From a virus, in the IMG/VR virus record IMGVR_UViG_3300043485_000037, positions 12,489 to 76,488 of that record: DNA of 64,000 nucleotides; one strand, 5' to 3'. Positions 18,558 through 27,440 of the stretch are shown piece by piece. A program made the translations under genes and the position numbers. Position 1 is the stretch's first letter; each line of letters opens with the position of its first letter. Below the pieces are notes generated by a model that was not told where the DNA came from, searched no databases, and saw only the letters and a program-made list of their open reading frames with translations.

Positions 18558-18755
18558 ATGGATCCAGCAACATTGGCTTTGATTGCCGGGGTGGTAGCCC
18601 TGGCCGAAAAGACCATCCCGATCATTCGGGACGCGTTCAAGAATGGCGACATTCCGGACGCAGAGGCCGCCGAGTGGCGGGCGAAATACAACACCCTTCG
18701 GGCCCTGGGCGGCGACGCCTACTCCGGCCCGGACTACGACCTGAGTGGTCGTTGA
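18558..18755 (+). CDS. small membrane-associated protein ending YDLSGR
   Basis: Hydrophobic N-terminus MDPATLALIAGVVALA. Confidence 0.65.
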   Translation: MDPATLALIAGVVALAEKTIPIIRDAFKNGDIPDAEAAEWRAKYNTLRALGGDAYSGPDYDLSGR

Positions 18756-18781
18756 TCAAGAAAGTGAGGTCAACTTCCTTT

Positions 18782-19240
18782 ATGAACTCGAGATTCAATC
18801 GAACGGTTTGGTTCCTGCTGACTGTGGTGCTGCTGGCCGCCTCCGGATTATTCCAGGAGGCGCTGGCGCAGGCAACGAACGGCACTCTGACGAATCTGCC
18901 TCCCACGGTCCCGGCGAATCCACTTCCCACGGGGAAAGATGCGGCCTGGTTCGCCCTGATTCCGTTGGTCACCTTTGGGCTCGCGTGGATCTTTGGCAAG
19001 ATCCGAACCTTGCCCAAGCAGTTGATTCCATTGATCGTGCCGATCCTCGGCTGGTTGGTGGGATTCGCCATCGAGAAGGCGACGGCCGCCAACTTTCCGT
19101 GGTGGTCCACCACGGGAGCCGGGGCATTGGCCACGTGGCTGTATGAAGCCGTCAAGGGTCTGTCGAACGCGGGACCGGAGTCGGCCTTGACCCCCACACC
19201 CGGTCCGAACGATTCCAGTCCAGTTATTAACAGGACCTGA
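18782..19240 (+). CDS. holin-like membrane protein with N-terminal signal/TM segment
   Basis: LIPLIVPILG...GALATWLYEAVK resembles phage holins; 3-4 hydrophobic segments. Confidence 0.65.
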   Translation: MNSRFNRTVWFLLTVVLLAASGLFQEALAQATNGTLTNLPPTVPANPLPTGKDAAWFALIPLVTFGLAWIFGKIRTLPKQLIPLIVPILGWLVGFAIEKATAANFPWWSTTGAGALATWLYEAVKGLSNAGPESALTPTPGPNDSSPVINRT

Positions 19241-19828
19241 ATGATGTGCCCCCTGCGCTGTTTTAGCCATAATCCCCTCTCGGGGACCTCCCGGCGCAGG
19301 TGGGCGCTTTTCTCCCTCCTCCTACTTATCCCCAACTTATTGACGGCCCAGCAGCCTCCTCTGTTGCTCGGCACCGTCACCCGCCAGAACTGGCTCGGCT
19401 GGGACTACCCGTGGGCCCAGGAGACCAACGTGGTCGCTTTCCGCATCTATCTGGCGGAGACCAACGTGGTGCCCTACAAGTTCCTGCCGCTGGGAGACCT
19501 CTCGGACCAAAGATGGCCCGGCACCAACTCCGTCTCCGGGTTGAACGGGACCTACGTGATGGGAGTCTCGGCCCTGGCCCGGCTCACCTACACCAACTGG
19601 GTCTCCTTCACAAACTTCGTATCCACCAATCTGGTCACGACCAACTTCACGGTGGTCACCAACTGGATCGAGTCGGATCTTACCACGGGCCTTGTCACCT
19701 TCAAGGATGGAATCCCCGTGCCTCCCGGTCCCGTCCAGCTCTATTCGTTCCTTCAGCTGGCCGCCACCAATGCGCTGCCCCTGCCTCCCTTCACCGGTCT
19801 GGCGGAATATGACCTTTCGGGCAGGTGA
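19241..19828 (+). CDS. secreted FN3-like protein, Thr/Asn-rich, ending YDLSGR
   Basis: Signal-like segment; LGWD...NVVAFRIY...YVMGVSA...ESD...PPGP FN3-like spacing. Confidence 0.6.
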   Translation: MMCPLRCFSHNPLSGTSRRRWALFSLLLLIPNLLTAQQPPLLLGTVTRQNWLGWDYPWAQETNVVAFRIYLAETNVVPYKFLPLGDLSDQRWPGTNSVSGLNGTYVMGVSALARLTYTNWVSFTNFVSTNLVTTNFTVVTNWIESDLTTGLVTFKDGIPVPPGPVQLYSFLQLAATNALPLPPFTGLAEYDLSGR

Positions 19829-19892
19829 GGAATGATTGATTTAATGTCTAGTCAGGTTAACCACAATGAGATAGGTTGAAAAATAACGTATC

Positions 19893-21548
19893 ATGAATGT
19901 CGCAACCATTCGTAAGCGGGCACGGTCATTCCCATTTTTGGGGCCGCGGCCCGCGAATCCATTTAGCGTCCGAACGTCATCCGTTTTGATAACGAATGAG
20001 GCGAAGGTCACTCGGAATCAATTCCAGTCGATCACAATCAATGTCACTCCGGGGGCCAAGACCCGGATCGAAACCCTGGAGGGCCGGGAGCACGTGGTCG
20101 TCCCGTGCGTGATGATGGTCGAGGGGGTCCACAATGGATCCTCCGGCCCCATCCTGTATCCGTGGGAGGAATTGTCCAAGACTCCGGAGATTTGGAACCA
20201 GAAGCCGGTGGTGGTCTATCACCCGAAGGGATCCGCTTGCGACCCGGATGTGGTGAACAACCGGAAGATCGGGGTGATCATGAACTCCAAGGCCGACTCG
20301 AAGGGCAAGCGCCTGCCGGCCGAGGCTTGGCTGGAACGGAGCCGGGCCGACGCGGTGGACAAGCGGATCTTCACGGCCATCGACAACAACGAGATGATGG
20401 AACTCTCCACGGGGGTCTTCGTGGATGCTGAGCTCACCCCCGGAGAATGGAACGGGGAGGACTACGTGGCCGTCGCCCGCAACATGCGTTCGGACCATCT
20501 GGCCCTGCTCCCGGACAAGATCGGGGCTTGCTCCATCAAGGACGGGGCCGGGCTCCTCCGCAACGAACTGAAGGACGGGAAGATGCCCAAGGAGAAGATG
20601 CTTCAGCGTCTCATGTCCTGGCTCCACATCGACAACGAGATGTCCCACGAGAACATCCGCCAGGCCATCCAGGCAGCCCTCCGCACCAAGCTCAACGTGG
20701 GCGAGCAAGGCCCGTGGGTTTGGGTGGAGGCAGTATACGAGAACTTCTTCGTTTATGACGACGGGAAGTCCAAACTATTTCGGCTCGGTTATTCGTCCTC
20801 GGACGCGGGAGTATCATTGAGTGATGAAACTCCCGTCGAGGTGATAAGGGTGACGGAGTTCCGAACGGTCGATGGAGCCAAGTTCGTTGGCAACCAGGAC
20901 CAGACCACAACAAACAGTGATATGAATAGACAAACAATGATCGCTGCTATCCTCGCCGCCAACATCGGCTGGTCCGAATCGAAGGCGCTCGAGGGTCTCA
21001 ACGATAAGCAGATCGAAACGATTCACAATGGAATCGCTCCCAAAAAGGAAACTCCGGCCCCCGGAGCCACCACCAACCAAACTCCTGCTCCGGCCCCAGC
21101 AACGCCGGCAGCTCCGGCCACGCCGGCAACCGTCACGTCCAACGCGACGGCCACGCCAGTGACCCTGCAGGAATGGGAAAAGACGGCTCCACCGGAAGTG
21201 GTGGCAGTGTTCCGTGGCCTCAAGCTGCAGAACGAGAACGAGGAAGCCACGCTGATCGGCAAGATCGTGGCCAACAAGGAGCTGGGCTGGACGGAAGCAG
21301 AGCTGAAGGGCCTGCCGATCGCCAACCTGCGCAAGATGGCCAAACAAGCGGAGGCTCCGGCCGTGCAGAACTACAACGGGTTCACCCCGGCCTTCCAGGC
21401 CCCGACCCCGGACTATTCTGGGATGGCTCCGGCCGCCTCGGTCACCAACGCGAGCGGGCAACCTGCGGAAATCAAACCGCTGGGCCGTCCCGTCATGAAT
21501 TTCCGCAAGGAAGAGAAGGGAAAGGGCGCAGCCGCGGCTGCCGTCTGA
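19893..21548 (+). CDS. prohead protease (DUF2213-like) fused to scaffold
   Basis: PVVVYHP, ELSTG, DHLALLPDKIGACS; Ala/Pro/Thr linker and coiled C-terminus. Confidence 0.8.
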   Translation: MNVATIRKRARSFPFLGPRPANPFSVRTSSVLITNEAKVTRNQFQSITINVTPGAKTRIETLEGREHVVVPCVMMVEGVHNGSSGPILYPWEELSKTPEIWNQKPVVVYHPKGSACDPDVVNNRKIGVIMNSKADSKGKRLPAEAWLERSRADAVDKRIFTAIDNNEMMELSTGVFVDAELTPGEWNGEDYVAVARNMRSDHLALLPDKIGACSIKDGAGLLRNELKDGKMPKEKMLQRLMSWLHIDNEMSHENIRQAIQAALRTKLNVGEQGPWVWVEAVYENFFVYDDGKSKLFRLGYSSSDAGVSLSDETPVEVIRVTEFRTVDGAKFVGNQDQTTTNSDMNRQTMIAAILAANIGWSESKALEGLNDKQIETIHNGIAPKKETPAPGATTNQTPAPAPATPAAPATPATVTSNATATPVTLQEWEKTAPPEVVAVFRGLKLQNENEEATLIGKIVANKELGWTEAELKGLPIANLRKMAKQAEAPAVQNYNGFTPAFQAPTPDYSGMAPAASVTNASGQPAEIKPLGRPVMNFRKEEKGKGAAAAAV

Positions 21549-21581
21549 TCCGTCACTGACCAACATCATCGAAAGTAACAT

Positions 21582-22028
21582 ATGATCAATGACAGACCGC
21601 GTCGGATCTATCTGAAAAAGACATCCGACCCGCAGTATGATGAAGGGCGCGCAGGGGCGGTAATCACCCCCGGCATGCTCATCAAGCTCAACAACGCTGG
21701 CGTCTATGTGCCCCACAACGTCTCCGGACAAGTGGCGGCCCGCCAGTTTGCGCTCGAAGATGCCCTCCAAGGCAAAACGATCGACGACAACTACGCGTCC
21801 GGCGACCTCGTCCGGTTCACGCACCACCTGCCCGGCGACCACGTGCTCGCCATCCTCGCGGCGGGCCAGAACGTCCAGGACGGCACGCGCCTGGTGAGCG
21901 ACGGGGCCGGGAGCCTCATCGCAGGGGACACGGACTCCGACGCCATTTGCGTGGCTCTCGAAGACCGCAACGCGGCGGCCACTGACCAGTCTCTCGAAGC
22001 GCGACGCATCCGCGTTGAAATCCTCTAA
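21582..22028 (+). CDS. capsid decoration/cement protein
   Basis: ITPGMLI...ALED...IDDNYASGDLV...LVSDGAGSL; lies between scaffold and capsid genes. Confidence 0.75.
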   Translation: MINDRPRRIYLKKTSDPQYDEGRAGAVITPGMLIKLNNAGVYVPHNVSGQVAARQFALEDALQGKTIDDNYASGDLVRFTHHLPGDHVLAILAAGQNVQDGTRLVSDGAGSLIAGDTDSDAICVALEDRNAAATDQSLEARRIRVEIL

Positions 22029-22055
22029 CCGGCTCAATTCAACAAAAGAATCAAT

Positions 22056-23144
22056 ATGATCGAATTACTGAATCAACAAGCTGGCCGGGGTGGCCTGGTG
22101 GCCACTGGACAAGTGGGCGCTTCTCTCCTCGCCGCCAACATGGACGTCGGTGTCCTCCGTCCCTACATTGCGGAGGATCGCCGGCACTACGTCGACCAAG
22201 CCGTCTACAACAACAAGGGCGAAGTGGTCATAGTTGCGGTGCCTCTGCAGAACGCAGTCGCCACCCTCCGCCGTGAAGAATGGATGGCCATCGATGACGT
22301 CGTTGTGCGCGCCGCGCGCAACCGCCTTCGCTTGGTGTCCGACATTCGCGGAGCGGGCCTGGAGTTCCGGGTCAACGGCATGTCGAAGATCACCTTGGAA
22401 ACCAGCACGATGACCCGCGTTGGCAAGGCGATCCTCTCCATGGATCCAGCACGGATGAGCGAATCGGACCGGCCTGAGTTCGACACCACGCTCTTGCCGC
22501 TGCCCATCTGCCATTACGACTTCCACTTCAACCTGCGCGAGATCGCGGTCTCCCGCAACGGGGGCCAGCCTCTCGACACGGTGATGGTGGAGGAAGCCGG
22601 CATTGCGGTTGCGGAGGAGCTGGAGCAGCTCACGCTCGGCACGTTGGACACCTACACCTACGGAGGCGGCACCATTTATGGTTTGCTGAACTTCCCCGGC
22701 CGTGGGATCGTCACCCTCACGGACCCGGCCACCTCCGGGTGGACCGGCAAGGTGCTCATCCAGGAAGTCCTGGAGATGCGCAAAGCCTCGACGGATCGCC
22801 GGCGCTTCGGCCCGTGGATCCTGTATGTGTCTCCCGACTGGGACCTCTACCTCGATTCTGATTACTCGGATGACAAGGGCGAGAACACCCTGCGCCAGCG
22901 CATCCTAGACATCGAGGGCATCACCGAAATCCGCCAGCTCGACTACCTTGACGGCCTCCAGATCGTCATGGTGGAAATGCAGGCGCGCAACCTCCGCATG
23001 GTGGTCGGTCTCGACCTCACCACCTTGCAGTGGGATTCGATTGGCGGAATGCGGCAGAACTTCAAGGTCATGGCCTTGCAGGTGCCGCAGATTCGCATGG
23101 ACGGCGACGGGAACAGTGGCATCATCCACGGTTCTGTGCCGTAA
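22056..23144 (+). CDS. major capsid protein (HK97 fold, encapsulin/Linocin-M18-like)
   Basis: LRREEWMAIDDVV...PLPICHYDF...REIAVSR...PLD...AVAEELE; synteny. Confidence 0.85.
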   Translation: MIELLNQQAGRGGLVATGQVGASLLAANMDVGVLRPYIAEDRRHYVDQAVYNNKGEVVIVAVPLQNAVATLRREEWMAIDDVVVRAARNRLRLVSDIRGAGLEFRVNGMSKITLETSTMTRVGKAILSMDPARMSESDRPEFDTTLLPLPICHYDFHFNLREIAVSRNGGQPLDTVMVEEAGIAVAEELEQLTLGTLDTYTYGGGTIYGLLNFPGRGIVTLTDPATSGWTGKVLIQEVLEMRKASTDRRRFGPWILYVSPDWDLYLDSDYSDDKGENTLRQRILDIEGITEIRQLDYLDGLQIVMVEMQARNLRMVVGLDLTTLQWDSIGGMRQNFKVMALQVPQIRMDGDGNSGIIHGSVP

Positions 23145-23169
23145 ACCGACAAGAACCTAGAAAAGATAT

Positions 23170-23661
23170 ATGGCCACATTCAGATTGTTACCGGGAGGGC
23201 CTGCCAAGATTGATGGCAGGGTGATCCGTCCCGGCGGACTCGTCAAGCACGACGCCGACCTCACGAAGCTGTTCAAGAACCGCTTCGAGCTGGTCTCCGG
23301 CACTCCCGGAGTTCCTGCGGAGGAAGGCGGCGATGACCCAGTCCCCGTCGAAACCGGGTTCTCGAACCCGGACGTGAAAACCACCCGCCGGTCGGCTCCG
23401 GGTGCCACGTTCCAACCCAAGGAGCCCGCTCCGCCGACCGCCGAGGAGGCAGCCCCCGTGACCCGTCCAGCCAATGCACCGCGAGGTGGCACGAGCGACG
23501 AGGGCGGTGGGGAAGTCGAAGACGAAGCCCCCGTGGATGACGGTGAAGAGTCCCCGGACCGTGAGGAAGCGCCCACACGCGCTGCCCGCACGACCCGCGC
23601 GGCCTCCAAGCCGGCGGCCCGGACGGCTTCCCGCGCGACCACAACCCGCAAGCGGGGATAA
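23170..23661 (+). CDS. hypothetical protein: small N-terminal domain, acidic then basic disordered tail
   Basis: Follows MCP; low-complexity E/P/A/R composition. Confidence 0.65.
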   Translation: MATFRLLPGGPAKIDGRVIRPGGLVKHDADLTKLFKNRFELVSGTPGVPAEEGGDDPVPVETGFSNPDVKTTRRSAPGATFQPKEPAPPTAEEAAPVTRPANAPRGGTSDEGGGEVEDEAPVDDGEESPDREEAPTRAARTTRAASKPAARTASRATTTRKRG

Positions 23662-23664
23662 GCC

Positions 23665-24111
23665 ATGGGAGTCAGAACGTCAGCAGCACTGGTCGCAGCG
23701 ATCTGCGAGGTCGACGAGGAAATTCCTCTCAACCCGTTCATTGATTTCGCTTCCACCTTGACCGACCGGGTCGAGAGGGCCGCGGAGGAAGATGAGCTGC
23801 TGACGGATGACCCCGAGACAGACGGCAAGACTCGCGCACAAAAGCTGCAGCAGATTGAAACCCTGCTTGCAGCTCACTTTTATTCGGCCCTGAGAGACAT
23901 GAGGGCCGTGAACGAGAAGGCCGGATCGGTGGGCGCCCAATACCAGAGCGCCGTCACCTATCGCCTGATGCTCACCCACTACGGGCAGATGGCGATGACG
24001 CTGGACGAGACGGGTGTCTTGGAAGCGGTCAACCTGGGCAAGGGCAAGGCCCGGACCATCGGCGTGACCTGGGTCGGCAAGACCCCAACGGAGGCTGCGG
24101 AGGAGGGATGA
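23665..24111 (+). CDS. head-tail adaptor
   Basis: IETLLAAHFY...VGAQY...THYGQMAMTLD. Confidence 0.75.
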   Translation: MGVRTSAALVAAICEVDEEIPLNPFIDFASTLTDRVERAAEEDELLTDDPETDGKTRAQKLQQIETLLAAHFYSALRDMRAVNEKAGSVGAQYQSAVTYRLMLTHYGQMAMTLDETGVLEAVNLGKGKARTIGVTWVGKTPTEAAEEG

Positions 24112-24737
24112 TTGAGTTCGTCAAATCTGAATGGAAAGGGGGCGATGCTTACATTATCGGTGGCGGCTCGTCCCTCCGCACCTTCAACTGGGAGTTCCTG
24201 ATCGGCAGGCACACGTTGGGAGCCAACGAAGCCTTCCGGAAGGGTCCGGAGATTTGCAGCCGGGTCCTCTTCGCCGATTGGAAGTGGTGGAAAACCCGCA
24301 AGTTCGATCTGGAGGTCTATGCCCAAGCCGGGGGTGTGGTTTACTCCGTCTGCCCGGACACGGAGAGGTTCCACATCCCGTGGCTCCACCAGCTCCGTCG
24401 CGCATCCACTCCGTTGCTCTCCACCCGGAACGACATGCTCGGGTGGAACAACAACACCGGGGCCGCGGCCATCAACCTTGCCTGCCACCTGGGGGCCAAG
24501 CGGATATTCCTCCTGGGATTCGACATGACGGCCAATCCGGAGGGCCAGACCCATTGGCATAACTGGCGCGGAGGTCCCACCCCGGCAACCTCTTACAAGT
24601 GGTTCGTAAACTCCATGCGCAGCCTGGCCGCTGGATTGGCGAGCCGTGCGGAGGTCTTCAACGTGACCGATGGATCCACCAAGCTGCCGTGGTTCCCGAA
24701 GATCGGCTTCAAAGAGATGCAAGGGATGTCCCGATGA
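24108..24737 (+). CDS. MptE/DUF115 (Maf-like) fold protein, putative glycosyltransferase
   Basis: YIIGGGSSL...GANEA...TGAAAINLACHLGAKRIFLLGFDM. Confidence 0.7.
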   Translation: MIEFVKSEWKGGDAYIIGGGSSLRTFNWEFLIGRHTLGANEAFRKGPEICSRVLFADWKWWKTRKFDLEVYAQAGGVVYSVCPDTERFHIPWLHQLRRASTPLLSTRNDMLGWNNNTGAAAINLACHLGAKRIFLLGFDMTANPEGQTHWHNWRGGPTPATSYKWFVNSMRSLAAGLASRAEVFNVTDGSTKLPWFPKIGFKEMQGMSR

Positions 24738-25075
24738 GCGTCATCAAGAAGATGCGCAGGCAACGGGCCGTCTATTGGGCCAAGACCGGCACCGACGAGT
24801 TCGGGACCATCTCCTTTGCCGAGCCCGTGGAAATCAAGTGCCGGTGGGAGGAAAAGACCGGCCAGATCATGGGCAAGCAGGGCGAGATTCTCACCGGGAT
24901 GGACACGGTCTATGTGGACCGGCCCATGGAGATCGGCGACAAGCTGAAGCTGGGCACGCTGGCCACGGACGATCCTCCGGACCCGAAGGAGGACCGGGAG
25001 GCGTTTGAGATCCAGGGATTCGAGGCCCTGCCCAACTTCAAGGCCAAGGAATTCCTTTACACTGCCTATTTGTGA
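24734..25075 (+). CDS. head closure protein
   Basis: DEFGTISFAEPVEIKCRWE; synteny. Confidence 0.7.
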   Translation: MSVIKKMRRQRAVYWAKTGTDEFGTISFAEPVEIKCRWEEKTGQIMGKQGEILTGMDTVYVDRPMEIGDKLKLGTLATDDPPDPKEDREAFEIQGFEALPNFKAKEFLYTAYL

Positions 25076-25078
25076 CCT

Positions 25079-25606
25079 ATGCCGAGCATACCATCCAACA
25101 ACGCGCCCCCCGGAGTCTATGGGATGAAGGATGTGTCGGCCAACCTGAAGAAGGTCCCGACCAAGATCGGTCCCAAGATCCGACTCGGGTTGGTCACGGC
25201 CGGGCTGCATCTCCAGAGGACCTCCCAGCTGATGGTCCCCGTCGACTTCGGCATCCTCAAGGCGTCCGCCTACACCCGCGCCCAGGGGCAGGGAGCCAAG
25301 ACGCTGGTCCACGTTGGATACACCGCATTCTATGCCATGTTCGTCCACGAACTGGTGGAGATGAAGCTGAAGGGACTCCCTCGCGGACCCATTCGGTTCA
25401 AGGACGACATCGACATGATCGAGAACCTGGAAAAGCAGTATGCCAACCGCGGCAACTACTGGGACCCCGCCGGCCGCGGCCAGGCCAAGTTCCTGGAGGC
25501 TCCGGCGCGCGACCAGAAGGTGCGGACGGAGATGTTCAACATCGTGAAGAATGTGACCGGGTTCAAGACCCAGCCCGGAGAAGGTGGGATTGGAGGCATG
25601 ACGTGA
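25079..25606 (+). CDS. neck/tail-completion protein (HK97 gp10-like)
   Basis: VPVDFGILKAS...VGYTAFYAMFVHE...QAKFLE. Confidence 0.75.
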   Translation: MPSIPSNNAPPGVYGMKDVSANLKKVPTKIGPKIRLGLVTAGLHLQRTSQLMVPVDFGILKASAYTRAQGQGAKTLVHVGYTAFYAMFVHELVEMKLKGLPRGPIRFKDDIDMIENLEKQYANRGNYWDPAGRGQAKFLEAPARDQKVRTEMFNIVKNVTGFKTQPGEGGIGGMT

Positions 25607-26043
25607 GCTCACCCGCCCAAGTGATCCGCCGATTGCTGATCCAGCTCACCCTGGCCCCGGACTCGCAGACCGCGACCTGGGCTCCCTTCGTGGCTTTCCT
25701 GCCGGACGTGCCGGACACCTCCATGGCCGTCTACGACACGGCCGCGGTCAAGCAGGGACGGATCATGCGCACGGGGGAGGTCATCGAGAAGAAGGGCATC
25801 CAGATCCGCTTCCGGTCCTCGAACTACCCGGCCGCGTGGACCAAGGCCGAAGCCATCAGGGACGCCATCGACGCGCTCCCCGTGGGGACACTGGTCACCA
25901 TGGTTCCCACGGCCGAGTCGTGGAGGATCCAAAACATTTCCCGGACCTCTGGCATACTGAACGTCGGCATGGAAGAGGAAGGGGACCGGAAACGGTTCAA
26001 CATGACGATCAACGCACTATTAACAATGAGGAAGGAATCCTAA
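25603..26043 (+). CDS. tail terminator protein
   Basis: AVYDT...G...IQIRFRSSNY; precedes tail tube gene. Confidence 0.7.
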   Translation: MSSPAQVIRRLLIQLTLAPDSQTATWAPFVAFLPDVPDTSMAVYDTAAVKQGRIMRTGEVIEKKGIQIRFRSSNYPAAWTKAEAIRDAIDALPVGTLVTMVPTAESWRIQNISRTSGILNVGMEEEGDRKRFNMTINALLTMRKES

Positions 26044-26046
26044 TTT

Positions 26047-26502
26047 ATGTCACCGCATCACATACGAATGGATGATGGGTTTTCCATCACCATCGAACTC
26101 GAGAACGCTCCTACGGTCAAGCTGTATGAGAAGTCGGTCACGCCGCCGCAGATCACGGCTGGAGGTCCCATCTCCACCACGACGATGCGGAACCTGGCGT
26201 GGAGAACCCAGAGCCCGAAGAAGCTGAAGCAGATGGGTCCCGTCAACGCGAACTGCGCGTATGCCACGGACGCACTGGAGTTGCTCTTCGCCCTCATCGG
26301 GATCAACCAACGCATCACCATCTCCTGGCCGGACGGCGCCTCGCTGGTCGTCTGGGGATGGCTGGAGGAGTTCACCCCCGGAGAATTCACGGAAGGCGAG
26401 CAGCCGACCGCGGCCGTGGTGTTCCAGCTCTCGATGCACGACAACAACGGCATCGAAGTTGCTCCGGACTATGCTCCGCCGAGCGGCGCGAGCACCCCGT
26501 AA
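26047..26502 (+). CDS. major tail (tube) protein
   Basis: ISTTTM...WRTQSPKKL...ITISWPDG...WGWLEEFTP. Confidence 0.75.
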   Translation: MSPHHIRMDDGFSITIELENAPTVKLYEKSVTPPQITAGGPISTTTMRNLAWRTQSPKKLKQMGPVNANCAYATDALELLFALIGINQRITISWPDGASLVVWGWLEEFTPGEFTEGEQPTAAVVFQLSMHDNNGIEVAPDYAPPSGASTP

Positions 26503-26535
26503 CCATTTAACCGTTAGAAAGACGAAAGACACACA

Positions 26536-27051
26536 ATGAAAGACCTGAAGTTCAAGCTGAAGACCAACGTCTGGCCCGTCACCCTGGAGAATGGGGAGGG
26601 CCAGGAAGTTAATTATGAAATCCGGGAGTTGAAGGCCGCGGCCCGAGACTCCTACGTGGACAAGCTGCAAGGCCGCCTCAACGTGGACAAGAAGGGCAAC
26701 GTGGTGGGCCTCAAGCAGTATTCCGGAATGCAGGGGGACCTCCTCACCATCTGCATGTATGGGGAGGACGGCAAGCTGGTGGACCGAAAGGAGCTGGCCC
26801 AGTGGCCCGGCACCATGGTCACGAAGCTGTTCCAAGCCGCCCAGACCGTTAACGGGTTCCGGGAAGTCGAGGACCGCCACAAGGTGTATGCTGAGGAGCT
26901 GATGAAGTTCCTGCAGGAAAAAGTGCCGGACGTAGCCGACACCATCGCCGCAACCGACATCGAGGAGGTATTGGATGAGACTGAGAAGCATCTCTTCGGC
27001 GAGGCTGAAGATAGCGAAGAAGCCGAAGAAGCCGACGCGGTTAACGCTTGA
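26536..27051 (+). CDS. tail assembly chaperone (gpG-like)
   Basis: Position between tube and TMP genes; YEIRELKAAARD. Confidence 0.7.
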   Translation: MKDLKFKLKTNVWPVTLENGEGQEVNYEIRELKAAARDSYVDKLQGRLNVDKKGNVVGLKQYSGMQGDLLTICMYGEDGKLVDRKELAQWPGTMVTKLFQAAQTVNGFREVEDRHKVYAEELMKFLQEKVPDVADTIAATDIEEVLDETEKHLFGEAEDSEEAEEADAVNA

Positions 27052-27439
27052 CGGCACGGATCAGGCGTGGTTTGAGCTGGCCCACCGGCTCCACATGACC
27101 GTCGCGCAGCTGAAGGAACAGATCACGATCACGGAGTTCCTTCAGTGGCAGGAATTCTTTCGGCTCCTCCGGGACCGCCACGAGAAGTTGCACTTTTACC
27201 TTGCGCAGATTGCGTGCGAGGTGAGAAGGTCCTACATCAAGCACCCCCGGCAGGCGAAGCTGGGGGACTTTCTGCTCAAGTTCGCCAACCCGGACGACGC
27301 CCGGCCCAAGACGGAAGCGGAGATTGCGCACATGTGCGCAGTGTCCCGCGCTTCTTGGCTGGCCTATGCCGGTGTGAAACCCAAGGGCTTGAAGGAGCCG
27401 GAACCGGCCAAGATTGGCCCGTTGAAAATGGCAGCTTGA
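27041..27439 (+). CDS. tail assembly chaperone extension (gpT-like; start unresolved)
   Basis: AWFELAHRLHMTVAQL...EFLQW motif, in +1 frame relative to gpG. Confidence 0.65.
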   Translation, partial: LTLDGTDQAWFELAHRLHMTVAQLKEQITITEFLQWQEFFRLLRDRHEKLHFYLAQIACEVRRSYIKHPRQAKLGDFLLKFANPDDARPKTEAEIAHMCAVSRASWLAYAGVKPKGLKEPEPAKIGPLKMAA

Positions 27440-27440
27440 T

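Noticed and set aside
19829-19892. AT-rich gap before the protease gene as a sigma-70 promoter
   Set aside because: No -35/-10 pair with acceptable spacing
26900-26925. G GAA AAA G as the tail chaperone slippery site
   Set aside because: A -1 shift here enters the wrong frame, and the gpT frame has a stop downstream of it
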